The position numbers and the translations under genes are program-made. 45,624 bases of DNA. It comes from Clostridia bacterium (GTDB lineage Bacteria; Bacillota; Clostridia; Oscillospirales; CAG-272). The stretch is from positions 1-45,624 of the forward strand of contig JAKSPH010000003.1 of assembly GCA_024404975.1 (NCBI GenBank), read 5' to 3'. The notes below the pieces were generated by a model. That model had not been told where the DNA came from. It saw only the letters and a list, made by a program, of their open reading frames with translations, and searched no databases. Shown in pieces: positions 34,843 through 45,137 of the stretch. Position 1 is the first letter of the stretch, and each line of letters opens with the position of its first letter.

Positions 34843-35586
34843 TCATTTCATCAGTTTGCGGAAGGCTTCCTCCGCGGCGGCGTAGATCTCCGCACTTTTT
34901 CTGTCCGTCCGCTTCGCGACGTCGGAGAGGATACGGATGGCGACGAGGGTATCGTCGGGAAGGTCGCGGATCCCCGCTTTCTGATAGATGGGAAGAGATG
35001 AGAGTTTCACGGTGTACGCGTCGTAGAATTCCACCGCCGCGCCGTCGGTATAGGGTGCCGCTTCGGCGTACAGATTGACACTCTGTGTCTGCTTGTAGTA
35101 TTCATATACTTCCGGCGAAAGGAAACAGATATAGTAATCGCTCATCGTAACGTTCGCGGCGAAGGTGTCGGCGTTCTCGCGGATGAGATTGACGTTCACT
35201 TCCTCATCCTTGCCCTCATCTTTCAACCGCTGATTCTCCGCGGTGATCTGCGCGTTCGTCAGATAGAACAGAGGGAGAAAGGAGATTTTGATCTCTCCGT
35301 TTCCGTCGCGGTCGGACGCGTAGTCCGTGAGGACACCCGATATGGTTTTATATTCGGGAACTCCGCCATTGTCGCTTTTCATGGACACCTCGTAATCCCC
35401 CGCGTACATATAATATACGTCGTAACTGTCTTTCTTCGAACACTGACAAACGCAAACCGTGATGACGATCGCGAAGAACAGAATGATCAGCGTGTGCCAT
35501 TTATAGTGGTACCAGAAATTTTCGAGCCAAAGTCCGAACTTGCTTTTCGGGACCTCGATTTCCGGTGAATTCTGATAATCTGCCAT
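34843..35586 (-). CDS. Conserved hypothetical membrane-anchored protein
   Basis: 'WLENFWYHYKWHTLIILFFAIVITVC' N-terminal anchor typical of a clostridial family; 'DRDGNGE' EF-hand-like loop; GAGGAGG RBS. Confidence 0.75.
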   Translation of the reverse strand: MADYQNSPEIEVPKSKFGLWLENFWYHYKWHTLIILFFAIVITVCVCQCSKKDSYDVYYMYAGDYEVSMKSDNGGVPEYKTISGVLTDYASDRDGNGEIKISFLPLFYLTNAQITAENQRLKDEGKDEEVNVNLIRENADTFAANVTMSDYYICFLSPEVYEYYKQTQSVNLYAEAAPYTDGAAVEFYDAYTVKLSSLPIYQKAGIRDLPDDTLVAIRILSDVAKRTDRKSAEIYAAAEEAFRKLMK

Positions 35587-35747
35587 TTTTTCCTCCTCAA
35601 TAAGAGATAAAATCAGTATACCACACCCCCGCACTCTTGTCAAGGGCGGGAGAGAACCGCGCCTTTATATAAAAATGGGAGATTCTCCGGAAAATCCCTT
35701 GCAAAATTTTCTCAAATAGTGTAAACTATAAGTAACTTACGGAGAAA

Positions 35748-36248
35748 ATGGATATGAATGAGAAATTTGCTCAACGGTTGAAAGAGATTTATGAAGATCA
35801 GACGCTGACGGCGGCGCTCAGATACGCCTGCTACGTCTGCGTGGCGGTCACCGCTTACGCGCTCGGCTATCTTCTCGTGCTTCACGCGGGGGAGGATCTG
35901 TGGTTCTGCGTCAGGGTGCTCGGTATCCTCGGCATCCCGTTTCTTCTCGTTTCGCTCCTGCGGATGTTCATCAACGCGTCCCGCCCGTGCGAACTTCTGG
36001 ACTTCTACGGCGAGATCCCGAAGCGCAAGAAGGGAAGATCCTTTCCGAGCCGGCACACGTTTTCCGCCTTTGCCGTCGGAACGCTCGTTCTGTTCTATCT
36101 CCCCGGTTTCGGACTCGGCATCCTTGCCGCCGGAATCGCACTCGCCGTCTGCCGTGTTCTGCTCGGCTACCACTTCCCGCGTGACGTCGTCGCCGGCGCG
36201 CTCATCGGCACCGTTTCTTCTCTCATCGGTTATTTCATTATCTTATAA
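35748..36248 (+). CDS. PAP2 family membrane phosphatase
   Basis: 'SRP', 'SFPSRH', 'CRVLLGYHFPRDVVAG' motifs. Confidence 0.88.
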   Translation: MDMNEKFAQRLKEIYEDQTLTAALRYACYVCVAVTAYALGYLLVLHAGEDLWFCVRVLGILGIPFLLVSLLRMFINASRPCELLDFYGEIPKRKKGRSFPSRHTFSAFAVGTLVLFYLPGFGLGILAAGIALAVCRVLLGYHFPRDVVAGALIGTVSSLIGYFIIL

Positions 36249-36268
36249 ATATTCGGAGGCTTTTTCAA

Positions 36269-36958
36269 ATGAAAGTAACATGGCTCACCCAAGCGGGACT
36301 TTGGCTCGAAAACGATCGCATTTCCATCATGGTAGATCCCTATCTGTCGGATGCCTGCGGAAAAATCAATGAAAGCAAGCACAGAAGAATGCCCGTTGAC
36401 GAACGGTTCTTTGAGAAAACACCCGACGTGCTTATCATCACGCACGACCACATGGATCACCTCGATACGGAAACACTCGACCGCATACTGAAAACCGACA
36501 AAGCGATCACAGTCATCGCACCCTACAACGCCTACCGTAAACTTCTCTCCTACGGCGGAAATCACAACTACGTTCTTCTTCAGCCTCATTCCGTATGGAG
36601 CGAAAAAAACGTGACCTTCTATGCCGTCAAAGCGGAACACAGTGACCTTACCGCCGCGGGCTACATCATCGACGACGGAAACAACACCTTCTACATTTCC
36701 GGCGACACGCTCTACAATTACGACGTGATCGACGACGTGCTGGAACTTGTTGAGGACGGCGTGGACTACGCGTTCCTGCCGATCAACGGTGTGGGAAACA
36801 ATATGAACGCCAAGGATGCCGCCGACTTTGCCTATGAGATCGGAGCGAAACACGCCATTCCGATCCACTACGGTCTGTTCGACAGTCTGGATCCCGCCGC
36901 TTTCGATTTTGAAGACTCCGTGATCCTTCTTCCGTACAAAGAAACGGAACTGAATTAA
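36269..36958 (+). CDS. MBL-fold metallo-hydrolase (UlaG-like)
   Basis: 'VDPYLS', 'THDHMDHLD', 'YISGDT', 'LPING..NNM', 'PIHYG'. Confidence 0.9.
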   Translation: MKVTWLTQAGLWLENDRISIMVDPYLSDACGKINESKHRRMPVDERFFEKTPDVLIITHDHMDHLDTETLDRILKTDKAITVIAPYNAYRKLLSYGGNHNYVLLQPHSVWSEKNVTFYAVKAEHSDLTAAGYIIDDGNNTFYISGDTLYNYDVIDDVLELVEDGVDYAFLPINGVGNNMNAKDAADFAYEIGAKHAIPIHYGLFDSLDPAAFDFEDSVILLPYKETELN

Positions 36959-36968
36959 AAACGAAACG

Positions 36969-37001
36969 AAAAGCGTCCGCAATTTTGTTGCGGACGCTTT
37001 T
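36969..37001. terminator. Bidirectional terminator
   Basis: AAAAGCGTCCGCAA-TTTTG-TTGCGGACGCTTTT. Confidence 0.88.
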
Positions 37002-37856
37002 TTACATATTCGGCTGATACTGCGCGGTGCGGTAGGAACTCGGCGCACAGCTGTGATATTTGTTGAAAATACGGTTGAAATAGGACACCGACGAGATGCC
37101 GACGGCGGCGGAGATCTCAAACACACTGTCCTGCGTTTCGACAAGCAGTTTTTCCGCCTTGCAGATCCGCACGAAGTTCAGATACTCCGTGAAGGTCGCA
37201 CCGGTCGCGGTCTTGAATATCCGGCAGAAGTAGCAGGGATTGAAGCCGAGATAAGTGGACACGGTTTCGAGGTCGATATCCCCGGCGTAATTCTCGTTGA
37301 TGAAAGAGAGCGCGGGAAGGATCTTCTGTACTTCCTTTTTCTGATACAGTTCCTCGCCGTCGGAGAGGATGCCGCGGCGGTAAAGTTCACCGAGAAGCCG
37401 GAATATTCCCGCTTTGATGAACATCTCGTAGCCGACCGCCTTCTCCTCCGCCTCATCGAGAATACCGTTCACCGCGGAAAACAGTTCGGGATCTTTGAGG
37501 ATCAGCACCGGCTCGCCGATGATCGAACGGAATTTCACGGAATAGCGCACGGCGCGCTCGATCTCGGTGTCAAGATAATCTTTCAAGCGGAACTGCAACA
37601 GTCCGTTTCTCGTTCCGTCTTCGGGGTTGGACGTCGCGTGGGGGATCCCCGAATTGATAAAGATGACTTCGCCCTTTTCCGCGACGTAATCCACGCCGTC
37701 CACAGTGCAGCAGAATTTTCCCTCGTAGACAGGGAGAAATTCCATTTCGTCGTGGAAATGAAGTGCGGCGACCGGACCTGCCGTTTTCGGCGAGGCGCTT
37801 TTGGAAGCATGAACCCGCGTTTTCGGGACGTTCGCTCTTACGGTTTCGTTTTTCAC
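37002..37856 (-). CDS. AraC family transcriptional regulator
   Basis: 'LHFHDEMEF', 'FINSGIPH', 'YFCRIFK..TG', 'VGISSVSYFNRIFNKY'; GTG start at 37856 after AAGGAG. Confidence 0.9.
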   Translation of the reverse strand: MKNETVRANVPKTRVHASKSASPKTAGPVAALHFHDEMEFLPVYEGKFCCTVDGVDYVAEKGEVIFINSGIPHATSNPEDGTRNGLLQFRLKDYLDTEIERAVRYSVKFRSIIGEPVLILKDPELFSAVNGILDEAEEKAVGYEMFIKAGIFRLLGELYRRGILSDGEELYQKKEVQKILPALSFINENYAGDIDLETVSTYLGFNPCYFCRIFKTATGATFTEYLNFVRICKAEKLLVETQDSVFEISAAVGISSVSYFNRIFNKYHSCAPSSYRTAQYQPNM

Positions 37857-37881
37857 CGACCGCGGCTCCTTTCGGTAGAAT

Positions 37882-39354
37882 TTACGCTCTGCGCCATGCG
37901 GCGGGAGAGAGCAGGACGAGCATTGGGAAGATCTCAAGCCGTCCCGCAAGCATATCGAAGATCAGCACGAGTTTGGATACGACGGAAAAGTCCCCGAAAT
38001 TCCTTGTCGGACCGACACCGGAAAAACCGGGTCCGATATTATTGAAACAAGCAATGCAGGCGGTCATGGACGTGGTCATATCCGAAACCGCACGGTCGAA
38101 ACTGACGATTAAGAAACTGACGATCAGAATCGCAAGGTACGCGGCGAGATATCCGTTGGTGTTGGAGAGAACTTTCTCGTCCACGGGTTTTCCGCAGAGC
38201 CGGATGCTCTTGACACGGTCGGGATGGAGGACCCGCGAGAGGTTTCTTCTCGCGCCTTTGAGAATGAGCAGGAAGCGGGATACTTTGAAACCGCCGCCCG
38301 TACTGCCCGCCGAAGCACCGATGAGCATCAGCAAGGCGAGGATGGCTTTGGAGAACGTCGGCCACAGATCGAAGTCCGCCGTGGAAAATCCCGTCGTCGT
38401 CATAATACTTCCGACCTGGAACGCCGCGTGGCGCAGGGATTCTCCGAACGTGCCGTACACAGCACCCGCACCGAAGAGGTTGCGCAAGGCGATGGCGAGT
38501 GTACTTCCCAGAACGATGATGCCGTAAGCGCGGAGTTCCTCGTCTTTGAGGACGGCGCGGAACTTTCCGAAAGCGATCAGGAAATAGCAGCTGAAGTTGA
38601 CGCCGAACAGGAGCATGAACACCGTCGTAACGACCTGTATATAGGGGGAATACCCGCCGATGGAATCGTTTTTCAAACCGAAACCGCCGGTACCCGCCGT
38701 TCCGAACGCGGTGCAGAGCGCCTCGAAGAAACTCATTCCTCCGATCAGAAGAAAGACGACGTTGAGAACGGTCAATACAAGATAGCAAATATACAGAATG
38801 GCGGCGGTGGAACGCATCTTCGGGACGAGTTTACCGACGTCGGGACCGGGAGATTCCGCACGCATGAGGTGCAGGGTAAAACCTTGATTCTTTCCGGAGA
38901 TCGGGACGATGGCGAGAAGGAAGATCAGAACGCCCATGCCTCCGACCCAGTGGGAGAAGGAGCGCCAGAACAGAATTCCGCGCGGCAGACATTCCACGTC
39001 GGAGAGTACCGACGCACCGGTCGTCGAAAAACCGGAAGCGATCTCAAACAGTGCGTCGATATAGGAATCGAAACAGCCCGAAAGCCGGAAGGGGAGCGCG
39101 CCGAGCAGGCTCATGCCGAGCCAACAAATTCCAACGCATATCAGTCCCTCACGGGCGTAAAATTTCACGCTCGCGCCCCGGCAGAGAATGGCGAGGATGA
39201 GGGCAAGCACGCCGGTCAGAGCGATCGAGATGCCGAAAGCCAGCGCCGCCTGTCCGTCTTTGTCGCACAGACAGAGTATGAACGAGGGAAGCATAAATCC
39301 GCATAACGCACCGAAGATCATGGCGTTTAAGCGGCCCATCATTTTATAGTTCAT
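37882..39354 (-). CDS. trkH: TrkH family potassium uptake membrane protein
   Basis: 'SGFSTTGAS', 'HWVGGMG', 'GTGGFG', 'TTTGF', 'AGSTGGG', 'NNIGPG', 'GRLEIFP'. Confidence 0.95.
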   Translation of the reverse strand: MNYKMMGRLNAMIFGALCGFMLPSFILCLCDKDGQAALAFGISIALTGVLALILAILCRGASVKFYAREGLICVGICWLGMSLLGALPFRLSGCFDSYIDALFEIASGFSTTGASVLSDVECLPRGILFWRSFSHWVGGMGVLIFLLAIVPISGKNQGFTLHLMRAESPGPDVGKLVPKMRSTAAILYICYLVLTVLNVVFLLIGGMSFFEALCTAFGTAGTGGFGLKNDSIGGYSPYIQVVTTVFMLLFGVNFSCYFLIAFGKFRAVLKDEELRAYGIIVLGSTLAIALRNLFGAGAVYGTFGESLRHAAFQVGSIMTTTGFSTADFDLWPTFSKAILALLMLIGASAGSTGGGFKVSRFLLILKGARRNLSRVLHPDRVKSIRLCGKPVDEKVLSNTNGYLAAYLAILIVSFLIVSFDRAVSDMTTSMTACIACFNNIGPGFSGVGPTRNFGDFSVVSKLVLIFDMLAGRLEIFPMLVLLSPAAWRRA

Positions 39355-39401
39355 CGGTTTCCTCTTATGATCGCCGACCGCGGAAAATCTCCCGCTTGGG
39401 A

Positions 39402-40763
39402 TCAGTCGGCAAAAATGTCGTTGAGTTCAAGCAATACTTCGTCGCGGCTGGTGACGAGAACGACGGTGTCGCCCTCTCCGAAGATGGAATCACCGCCGGC
39501 GATCTCGGTCTTGTCGGCACGGTTGATGCCGGCAATACGGATATTGGGTTTCAGACGGATATTTTTGAGCGGCTCGCCGAAGTGCTTGGTGTTCATATCG
39601 ACGACGAACTCAATGGCTTCCGCCTGTCCGTCCGCGATGGAGTGTACCGCGATGGCGGCACCCGTTTTATGGTGAATGGCTCTTGCGTAACGGACGATGG
39701 TATTGCAACAGAGTTTACGGGGGCTGACGACGCATCCCAGAGGTAGCGTGTCAATGATGTTCATATCTTCCACGCGTCCGAGATTCGTGATGATCTGCGG
39801 AACGCCGTAACTCTTTCCGTAAAGCGAGATCAGAATATTGGTTTCGTCGTTTCCCGTCAGAGCGACGAGAGCGTCGCAATCCCGCAGGCCTTCGGCATCG
39901 AGAACTTTCTGACTTGTGCCGTCGCCGTAGATAATATCCGCTTTGGGGAGCAGGGCGGAGAGTTCACGGCACCGTTCCGCATCTCTCTCCACAAGTTTGA
40001 CGTGGATGCCGTGTTCCAGAAGCGATTCCGCGAGGTAATAACCTCCGAGACCGCCGCCGATGACCATGGCGGAACGGACTTTGCGGTGGACGACGCCGAG
40101 ATTTTTGAGAAGAGCGGAAAGATCGTTCGCCGTCGCGGTAACGAAGATTCTGTCACCGGCTTTCAGCACGAAATCACCGGCGGGGGTAATACAGGTTCCG
40201 GCACGGAGAACGGCGCAGACGAGGATCTTGCAATCGAGGAGCGATCCGATCTCGGTCAGAGAAGCGTTGGCAAGTTTACTGCCTTCCTCCACCTTGAGTT
40301 CGGCGATCTCCATACGGCCCTTGGCGAAGGACTCGCGCTTCAGGAATCCGGGATAGTGGAGCAAGCGGTCGATCTCTGCCGCCGCCTGCCGTTCGGGATT
40401 GAAGATCATGGACAGAGAGAATACGTCCCTCATGCGGTAGACCTGCTTGGAATACTCCGGATTCCGGATACGGGCAATGGTATTCAACGTCGGGCAGAGG
40501 GAATGCGCCGCCGCACAGCAAAGAAGATTGATCTCATCCGATCCCGTCGCGGCGATCAGCAGATCCGCTTTTCCGACTTCCGCCTCGGTCAGCACTTCCA
40601 TGGAAGCGCAGTTACCGTTTACCGTGATGACATCACAGATTTCAACGATACGTTCCAGCGCTTCTTTGTTGGTGTCGAGGACTGTCAGATCGTATCCTTC
40701 TTCGGCAAACTGTTCGACCAGTGTCTTGCCGACTTTTCCGATGCCGGCGATCAAAATTTTCAC
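39402..40763 (-). CDS. trkA: Trk system potassium uptake protein TrkA
   Basis: Two RCK_N/RCK_C pairs ('IAGIGKVG', 'VIGGGLGG', 'ARIRNPEY', 'ALTGNDETN'); GTG start after AAAGGAG. Confidence 0.95.
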   Translation of the reverse strand: MKILIAGIGKVGKTLVEQFAEEGYDLTVLDTNKEALERIVEICDVITVNGNCASMEVLTEAEVGKADLLIAATGSDEINLLCCAAAHSLCPTLNTIARIRNPEYSKQVYRMRDVFSLSMIFNPERQAAAEIDRLLHYPGFLKRESFAKGRMEIAELKVEEGSKLANASLTEIGSLLDCKILVCAVLRAGTCITPAGDFVLKAGDRIFVTATANDLSALLKNLGVVHRKVRSAMVIGGGLGGYYLAESLLEHGIHVKLVERDAERCRELSALLPKADIIYGDGTSQKVLDAEGLRDCDALVALTGNDETNILISLYGKSYGVPQIITNLGRVEDMNIIDTLPLGCVVSPRKLCCNTIVRYARAIHHKTGAAIAVHSIADGQAEAIEFVVDMNTKHFGEPLKNIRLKPNIRIAGINRADKTEIAGGDSIFGEGDTVVLVTSRDEVLLELNDIFAD

Positions 40764-40940
40764 GGGTGCATACTCCTTTCCCGATGCATATACTTATACG
40801 AATAATATTTTAACACATATTATTGAAAAATGCAAGTCGGTTGCCGTCTTTTCCGTTGTGAAATTTGCAAGAGTTTCCTTTTTTCCATTGTAAAGGGAAA
40901 ACGCGTGTGATACAATGAGAAAAAAAGGAGAACTTCCCCG

Positions 40941-43202
40941 ATGGAAAACCGCGAAAAGTACGTGATGAAAGAAGCAGACCGGCTCTATATCACTCATAAA
41001 TACTACAATCCCGACAAACCGCACGACGGCTATAAGCGTTTCACATACCTCGGACACGACTGCGATCCCGCGACGGGACTTTCCGATGCCGAACTCCGCG
41101 CGAAGGTGCATGAACTCGCCGGAAGTCAGCCGAAGGAACTCGACCACGCCGTGGCGAAAGCCGAGGCGCTCGCGCTCGTGTTCGACAACACGCGGATCGA
41201 CGTTTCCGACAACGACTACTTCGCGGGATTTCATTCCTGGGGACGCGTGATCTTCCCCGACTATCCCGAACGCTGGCAAAACGAACTGTTCAACAGTATC
41301 ATGCCCGAAACGCGGGATCTGATGAACAAACTCCGCGCGGCGGGACTTTCGGACAACTGGCTCGACTATGACCACGCCGTTCCCGATTGGGACGCCATCT
41401 TCCGGCTCGGATTTCCGGGGCTTCGCCAAAGAGCCGCCGACTGCCGCCGCAAGAACGAAGAAAAAGGCGAACTGACCGACGGACAAAAGGCGTTCTACGA
41501 TTCCATCGAAATCGCGTTCTCCGCGATGCTCCGTCTGATCGGACGGATGCGCGACTACGCCGCGCAAAGAAACGGCGAGAAGTTCCCGAAGATCGCAAAG
41601 TGCCTCGGCACCCTGCTTTGCGGTGCGCCGACCGACACGTACGAAGCGCTTCAGCTGATGTACCTCTACTTCATGTTCTCGGAGAGTGTCGACTGCTATC
41701 AGGTGCGCTCCCTCGGAAACGGTTTCGACCGCATCATCGCGCCGTTCTATGAAAAAGATCTGAAGAGCGGAAAATACACCGCCGCCGAACTCGACGACTT
41801 CATCGCTTATTTTCTAATGCAGTTCTACGCGATCGGCAACTATTGGGGACAGCCCCTCTTCATGGGCGGAACCAACCCCGACGGATCGACGAAATACACC
41901 CCCTTTGCCGTGCGTGTCCTGCAACTCTGGGACGACCTCGGCATCCACAATCCGAAGATCCAGCTGGTCGTCGGCGAATCCACGCCGAAGGACGTGCGCT
42001 ACCTCATCTACGACATCATCCGCCGCGGAAAATACTTCACCTTAGTGGGCGAAGAAGGCGCACGTACCTCCGTGAAGACCGGTTTCGACTGCACCGATGA
42101 GGAGGCGAAAGACTTCATCGTTTCCGGTTGCTACGAACCCCTCGTCCGCGGAGGAACGCTGATCGAAAACGGCTATCCCAACCTCGCGAAACTCGTTTCC
42201 GTCACCCTGCGCGACGGCTTCGACTGCATGACGAAAACGCAGGTCGGACTTCACACCGGCAGGAAATTCGACACCTTCGACGATTTCTTCGCCGCGTTCG
42301 AACAGCAGTTCAAAAACCTCTTTGACACCCTGCGCGGCATCACGAACACGACGGAAAAATACCTCACCTTTGTGAACCCCGCGATCATGCTTTCGGCGAC
42401 GAAAGAAGAAAGTCTGATCCGCATGGAGGACGGTTACGCGATGACCGATCCCAAGGCGACCACGCTCTTTGAACTCAACGCCTACGGAAGCGCCGTCGAC
42501 GCGCTCGTGGCGATCAAACGGCTCGTCTTTGACGAAAAAGCGGTCACTCTCGACCGCCTTGTCGAAATTCTCGACAATAACTGGAAAGGGGAGGACGCGC
42601 TTCGCCGCCACGTACTCGCCGACATTCCGAAATACGGCAACGCCGTTCCCGAATCGGACGAGATCGCGCACAAAGTCGCCGCCCTCGTTCCGAAATACAT
42701 TCTCTGCCACCGCAACCTGCGCGGCGCCCGTTTCGTCGTGGAATTTCACGGCGCGATGGAATACGCATGGCAGGGAGATCTGACCGAAGCGACCGCAGAC
42801 GGCAGACGGAAAGGCGAGGAGCTCTCCAAAAACGCCTCCCCCTCCGTCGGCTCGGACAAGAAGGGCGCAACGGCGTTCATCCGCTCCTGCACCAACGCGA
42901 TCCGCCCCGAATACGCTCCCGCCGGTTTCAACGCCGACGTGATGCTCCACCCCTCGGCACTTGAAGGGGAAGAAGGTCTGATCGCCCTCGACGCTCTGAT
43001 GACCGTCTACCGCAAACGCGGCGGCATCGACATCCAGTTCAACGTCGTGAGCGCGGACACCCTGCGCGACGCACAGAAGCACCCCGAACGGTATCAGAAC
43101 CTGCAGATCCGTGTCAGCGGATGGAACGTTCTCTGGAACGACATCCCCCCGAAACTTCAGGAAGGTTACATTCTCCGCGCGGAATCCGCGGTCGGAATGT
43201 AA
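40941..43202 (+). CDS. Glycyl radical enzyme (PFL-like family), substrate unknown
   Basis: Cys loop 'VSGCYEP', 'PKYGN', 'ATADGRRKGE.LSKNASP', 'IQFNVVSADTLRDAQKHPERYQNLQIRVSGW'. Confidence 0.9.
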   Translation: MENREKYVMKEADRLYITHKYYNPDKPHDGYKRFTYLGHDCDPATGLSDAELRAKVHELAGSQPKELDHAVAKAEALALVFDNTRIDVSDNDYFAGFHSWGRVIFPDYPERWQNELFNSIMPETRDLMNKLRAAGLSDNWLDYDHAVPDWDAIFRLGFPGLRQRAADCRRKNEEKGELTDGQKAFYDSIEIAFSAMLRLIGRMRDYAAQRNGEKFPKIAKCLGTLLCGAPTDTYEALQLMYLYFMFSESVDCYQVRSLGNGFDRIIAPFYEKDLKSGKYTAAELDDFIAYFLMQFYAIGNYWGQPLFMGGTNPDGSTKYTPFAVRVLQLWDDLGIHNPKIQLVVGESTPKDVRYLIYDIIRRGKYFTLVGEEGARTSVKTGFDCTDEEAKDFIVSGCYEPLVRGGTLIENGYPNLAKLVSVTLRDGFDCMTKTQVGLHTGRKFDTFDDFFAAFEQQFKNLFDTLRGITNTTEKYLTFVNPAIMLSATKEESLIRMEDGYAMTDPKATTLFELNAYGSAVDALVAIKRLVFDEKAVTLDRLVEILDNNWKGEDALRRHVLADIPKYGNAVPESDEIAHKVAALVPKYILCHRNLRGARFVVEFHGAMEYAWQGDLTEATADGRRKGEELSKNASPSVGSDKKGATAFIRSCTNAIRPEYAPAGFNADVMLHPSALEGEEGLIALDALMTVYRKRGGIDIQFNVVSADTLRDAQKHPERYQNLQIRVSGWNVLWNDIPPKLQEGYILRAESAVGM

Positions 43203-43226
43203 ATATTTGTTTTCAAATTGCATAGG

Positions 43227-43264
43227 AAAAACGGCGGGTGGCCTTGCGGGTTCCGCCGTTTTTG
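43227..43264. terminator. Bidirectional terminator
   Basis: AAAAACGGCGG...CCGCCGTTTTT between the convergent GRE and ECF genes. Confidence 0.7.
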
Positions 43265-43275
43265 TTGTGGAAAGA

Positions 43276-43815
43276 TCACGGATTCTGCGGGATCTTCATG
43301 GTTTTGTCGTAGAGTTTCTTCACGCCGAACACAAAGACGAGGAGCATACCGACGACGGCACCGACACCCGCCTGCAGGATCTGATAGGGAAGTTTCACCC
43401 ACGCGTATTCGGGGGTGCTGTAAAGGAACGCTCTGCCGAGAGAGTAACCGACGACGTTGATGATCGCGCCGAGGGTAACGCCGATGCCGGAGGCAACGAC
43501 GGGATGCTTTTTCAGCACGCGGTGGGAGAGCAGAGAGATCACGACGGCTTGCACGCCGTGGGTGACGAGAGAAACGAACATAGGCGTCGGATAGAAGAAC
43601 AGATCGCCGAGGAAGGCGCCGACACCGCCGACCATGAACGCCGTTATGGGATCGAGAAGGATCGCCGCCGTGCAGATCACGATGTCGTTAAGATACAAAT
43701 GTCCGCCCGGTACGGGAATGGAAAAAATGCTGGAACTCAGCACGACGTTCATCGCCATGAGCATGGCACCGACACACATCGTGAGTATCATCTGATGCGA
43801 TTTACTTTTCATCAT
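43276..43815 (-). CDS. ECF transporter S component (probably vitamin B6/HMP type)
   Basis: 'IPVPGGHLYLND', 'GGVGAFLGDL', 'SLVTHGVQA', 'YQILQA'; about 6 TM segments; divergent from a MocR regulator. Confidence 0.85.
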   Translation of the reverse strand: MMKSKSHQMILTMCVGAMLMAMNVVLSSSIFSIPVPGGHLYLNDIVICTAAILLDPITAFMVGGVGAFLGDLFFYPTPMFVSLVTHGVQAVVISLLSHRVLKKHPVVASGIGVTLGAIINVVGYSLGRAFLYSTPEYAWVKLPYQILQAGVGAVVGMLLVFVFGVKKLYDKTMKIPQNP

Positions 43816-43854
43816 AAAAACCTCTTTACAATTGAATGATCTTATGATACAATA

Positions 43855-43882
43855 ATTCTGATCATAAGTAAATGGTCAGAAT
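43855..43882. promoter_or_regulatory. Candidate MocR/PdxR operator
   Basis: ATTCTGATCAT-AAGTAA-ATGGTCAGAAT imperfect inverted repeat (10/11) in the divergent intergenic region. Confidence 0.55.
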
Positions 43883-43914
43883 ACGTTTTTTTGATATAAC
43901 CAGAAGGGAAGAAC

Positions 43915-45009
43915 ATGAAATATCTCATCGACAGGGAAAGCACCGTCCCGATCTATCTTCAACTGTACGCGCAACTGAAAAAAGACGTTGTGGAGGGCGT
44001 TTGCCCTTACGGCGCGCGCCTGCCGTCCAAGCGCACACTCGCGGAGAAACTCGGCATTTCGGTCATCCCCGTGGAACACGCGCTGACCTTGCTCTGCGAC
44101 GAGGGGTATGCCGAAGCGCGGGAGAGAAGCGGCGTTTTCGTCATCTACCGCAGGGACGATTTCATCACACCGCCCGTTCTGACGGCTCTGCCGGAAACGG
44201 AAGCGGGATCCCCCCTCCCGCCTGCGAAAAAAGCGGTGGGTTACGTTTTCCCCCTCTCCGTGCTGACCAAGAAAATGCGGAAAGTCATGCTCGACCGCGG
44301 GGAAGCGCTCTTGATCAAATCCCCCAACCGCGGTCTTTCCGAACTGCGCACGGCGATCACCTCCTACCTGCGGCGGAGCAACGGCATTCTCGCCGATCCC
44401 TCGCAGATCGTCATCGGTTCCGGCGCGGAATATTTGTACAGTACCGTTTTGCAACTGCTCGGCAGGGGAAGGACGTTTGCGCTTGAGGATCCCTCCTACG
44501 AAAAGATCGAAAAGGTCTATGAAGCGAACGGCGTGACCGTCGAAAAACTCCCTCTCGCCGCCGACGGCATCCGTTCGGACGCACTCGCGAAGTCGGAGGC
44601 GACCGTCCTCCACGTCACGCCCTTCAACAGTTTTCCGAGCGGGGTGACGGCAAGCGCGAGCAAACGCACCGAGTACCTGTCGTGGGCGAGAACGCGGAGC
44701 GGATTCGTCATTGAGGACAACTACGACTCCGAACTGACCGTTTCGCGCAAGAACGAGGACACGCTTTTCGCCACCGACGGCGGGAAGCACGTGATCTACC
44801 TCAACACGTTCTCCAAGACCGTGGCGCCCTCCGTGCGTGTCGGTTATATGATCCTCCCGCGGAATCTCGTCGGCGAATTCGACAGAAAACTCGGTTTTTA
44901 CTCCTGCACCGTCCCCGTGTTCGAGCAGTATCTGCTCTGTGAACTGTTGGAAAGCGGAGATTTCGAACGGCACGTCAACCGTGTCCGCCGGCAGAAACGA
45001 AAGGGCTGA
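43915..45009 (+). CDS. MocR/GabR (PdxR-like) PLP-binding GntR regulator, short form
   Basis: GntR wHTH 'PIYLQLY...RLPSKRTLA..LGIS'; AAT domain 'LEDPSY', 'IEDNYDSE', 'TFSKTVAPSVRVGY'. Confidence 0.92.
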   Translation: MKYLIDRESTVPIYLQLYAQLKKDVVEGVCPYGARLPSKRTLAEKLGISVIPVEHALTLLCDEGYAEARERSGVFVIYRRDDFITPPVLTALPETEAGSPLPPAKKAVGYVFPLSVLTKKMRKVMLDRGEALLIKSPNRGLSELRTAITSYLRRSNGILADPSQIVIGSGAEYLYSTVLQLLGRGRTFALEDPSYEKIEKVYEANGVTVEKLPLAADGIRSDALAKSEATVLHVTPFNSFPSGVTASASKRTEYLSWARTRSGFVIEDNYDSELTVSRKNEDTLFATDGGKHVIYLNTFSKTVAPSVRVGYMILPRNLVGEFDRKLGFYSCTVPVFEQYLLCELLESGDFERHVNRVRRQKRKG

Positions 45010-45074
45010 ACGCGGGATGCGGGGTGTCCCCGAACCCGGCTGATTAAAGTATACTCAAAATTACAAAAACTCTA

Positions 45075-45104
45075 TTGACAAACGCTTTTCATGAATGTTA
45101 TAAT
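45075..45104 (+). promoter_or_regulatory. sigmaA promoter of the long leader region
   Basis: TTGACA-18 nt-TATAAT with extended -10 TG. Confidence 0.8.
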
Positions 45105-45137
45105 GAAGCCGACAATACAAGAAGGAGATCTACCGTC

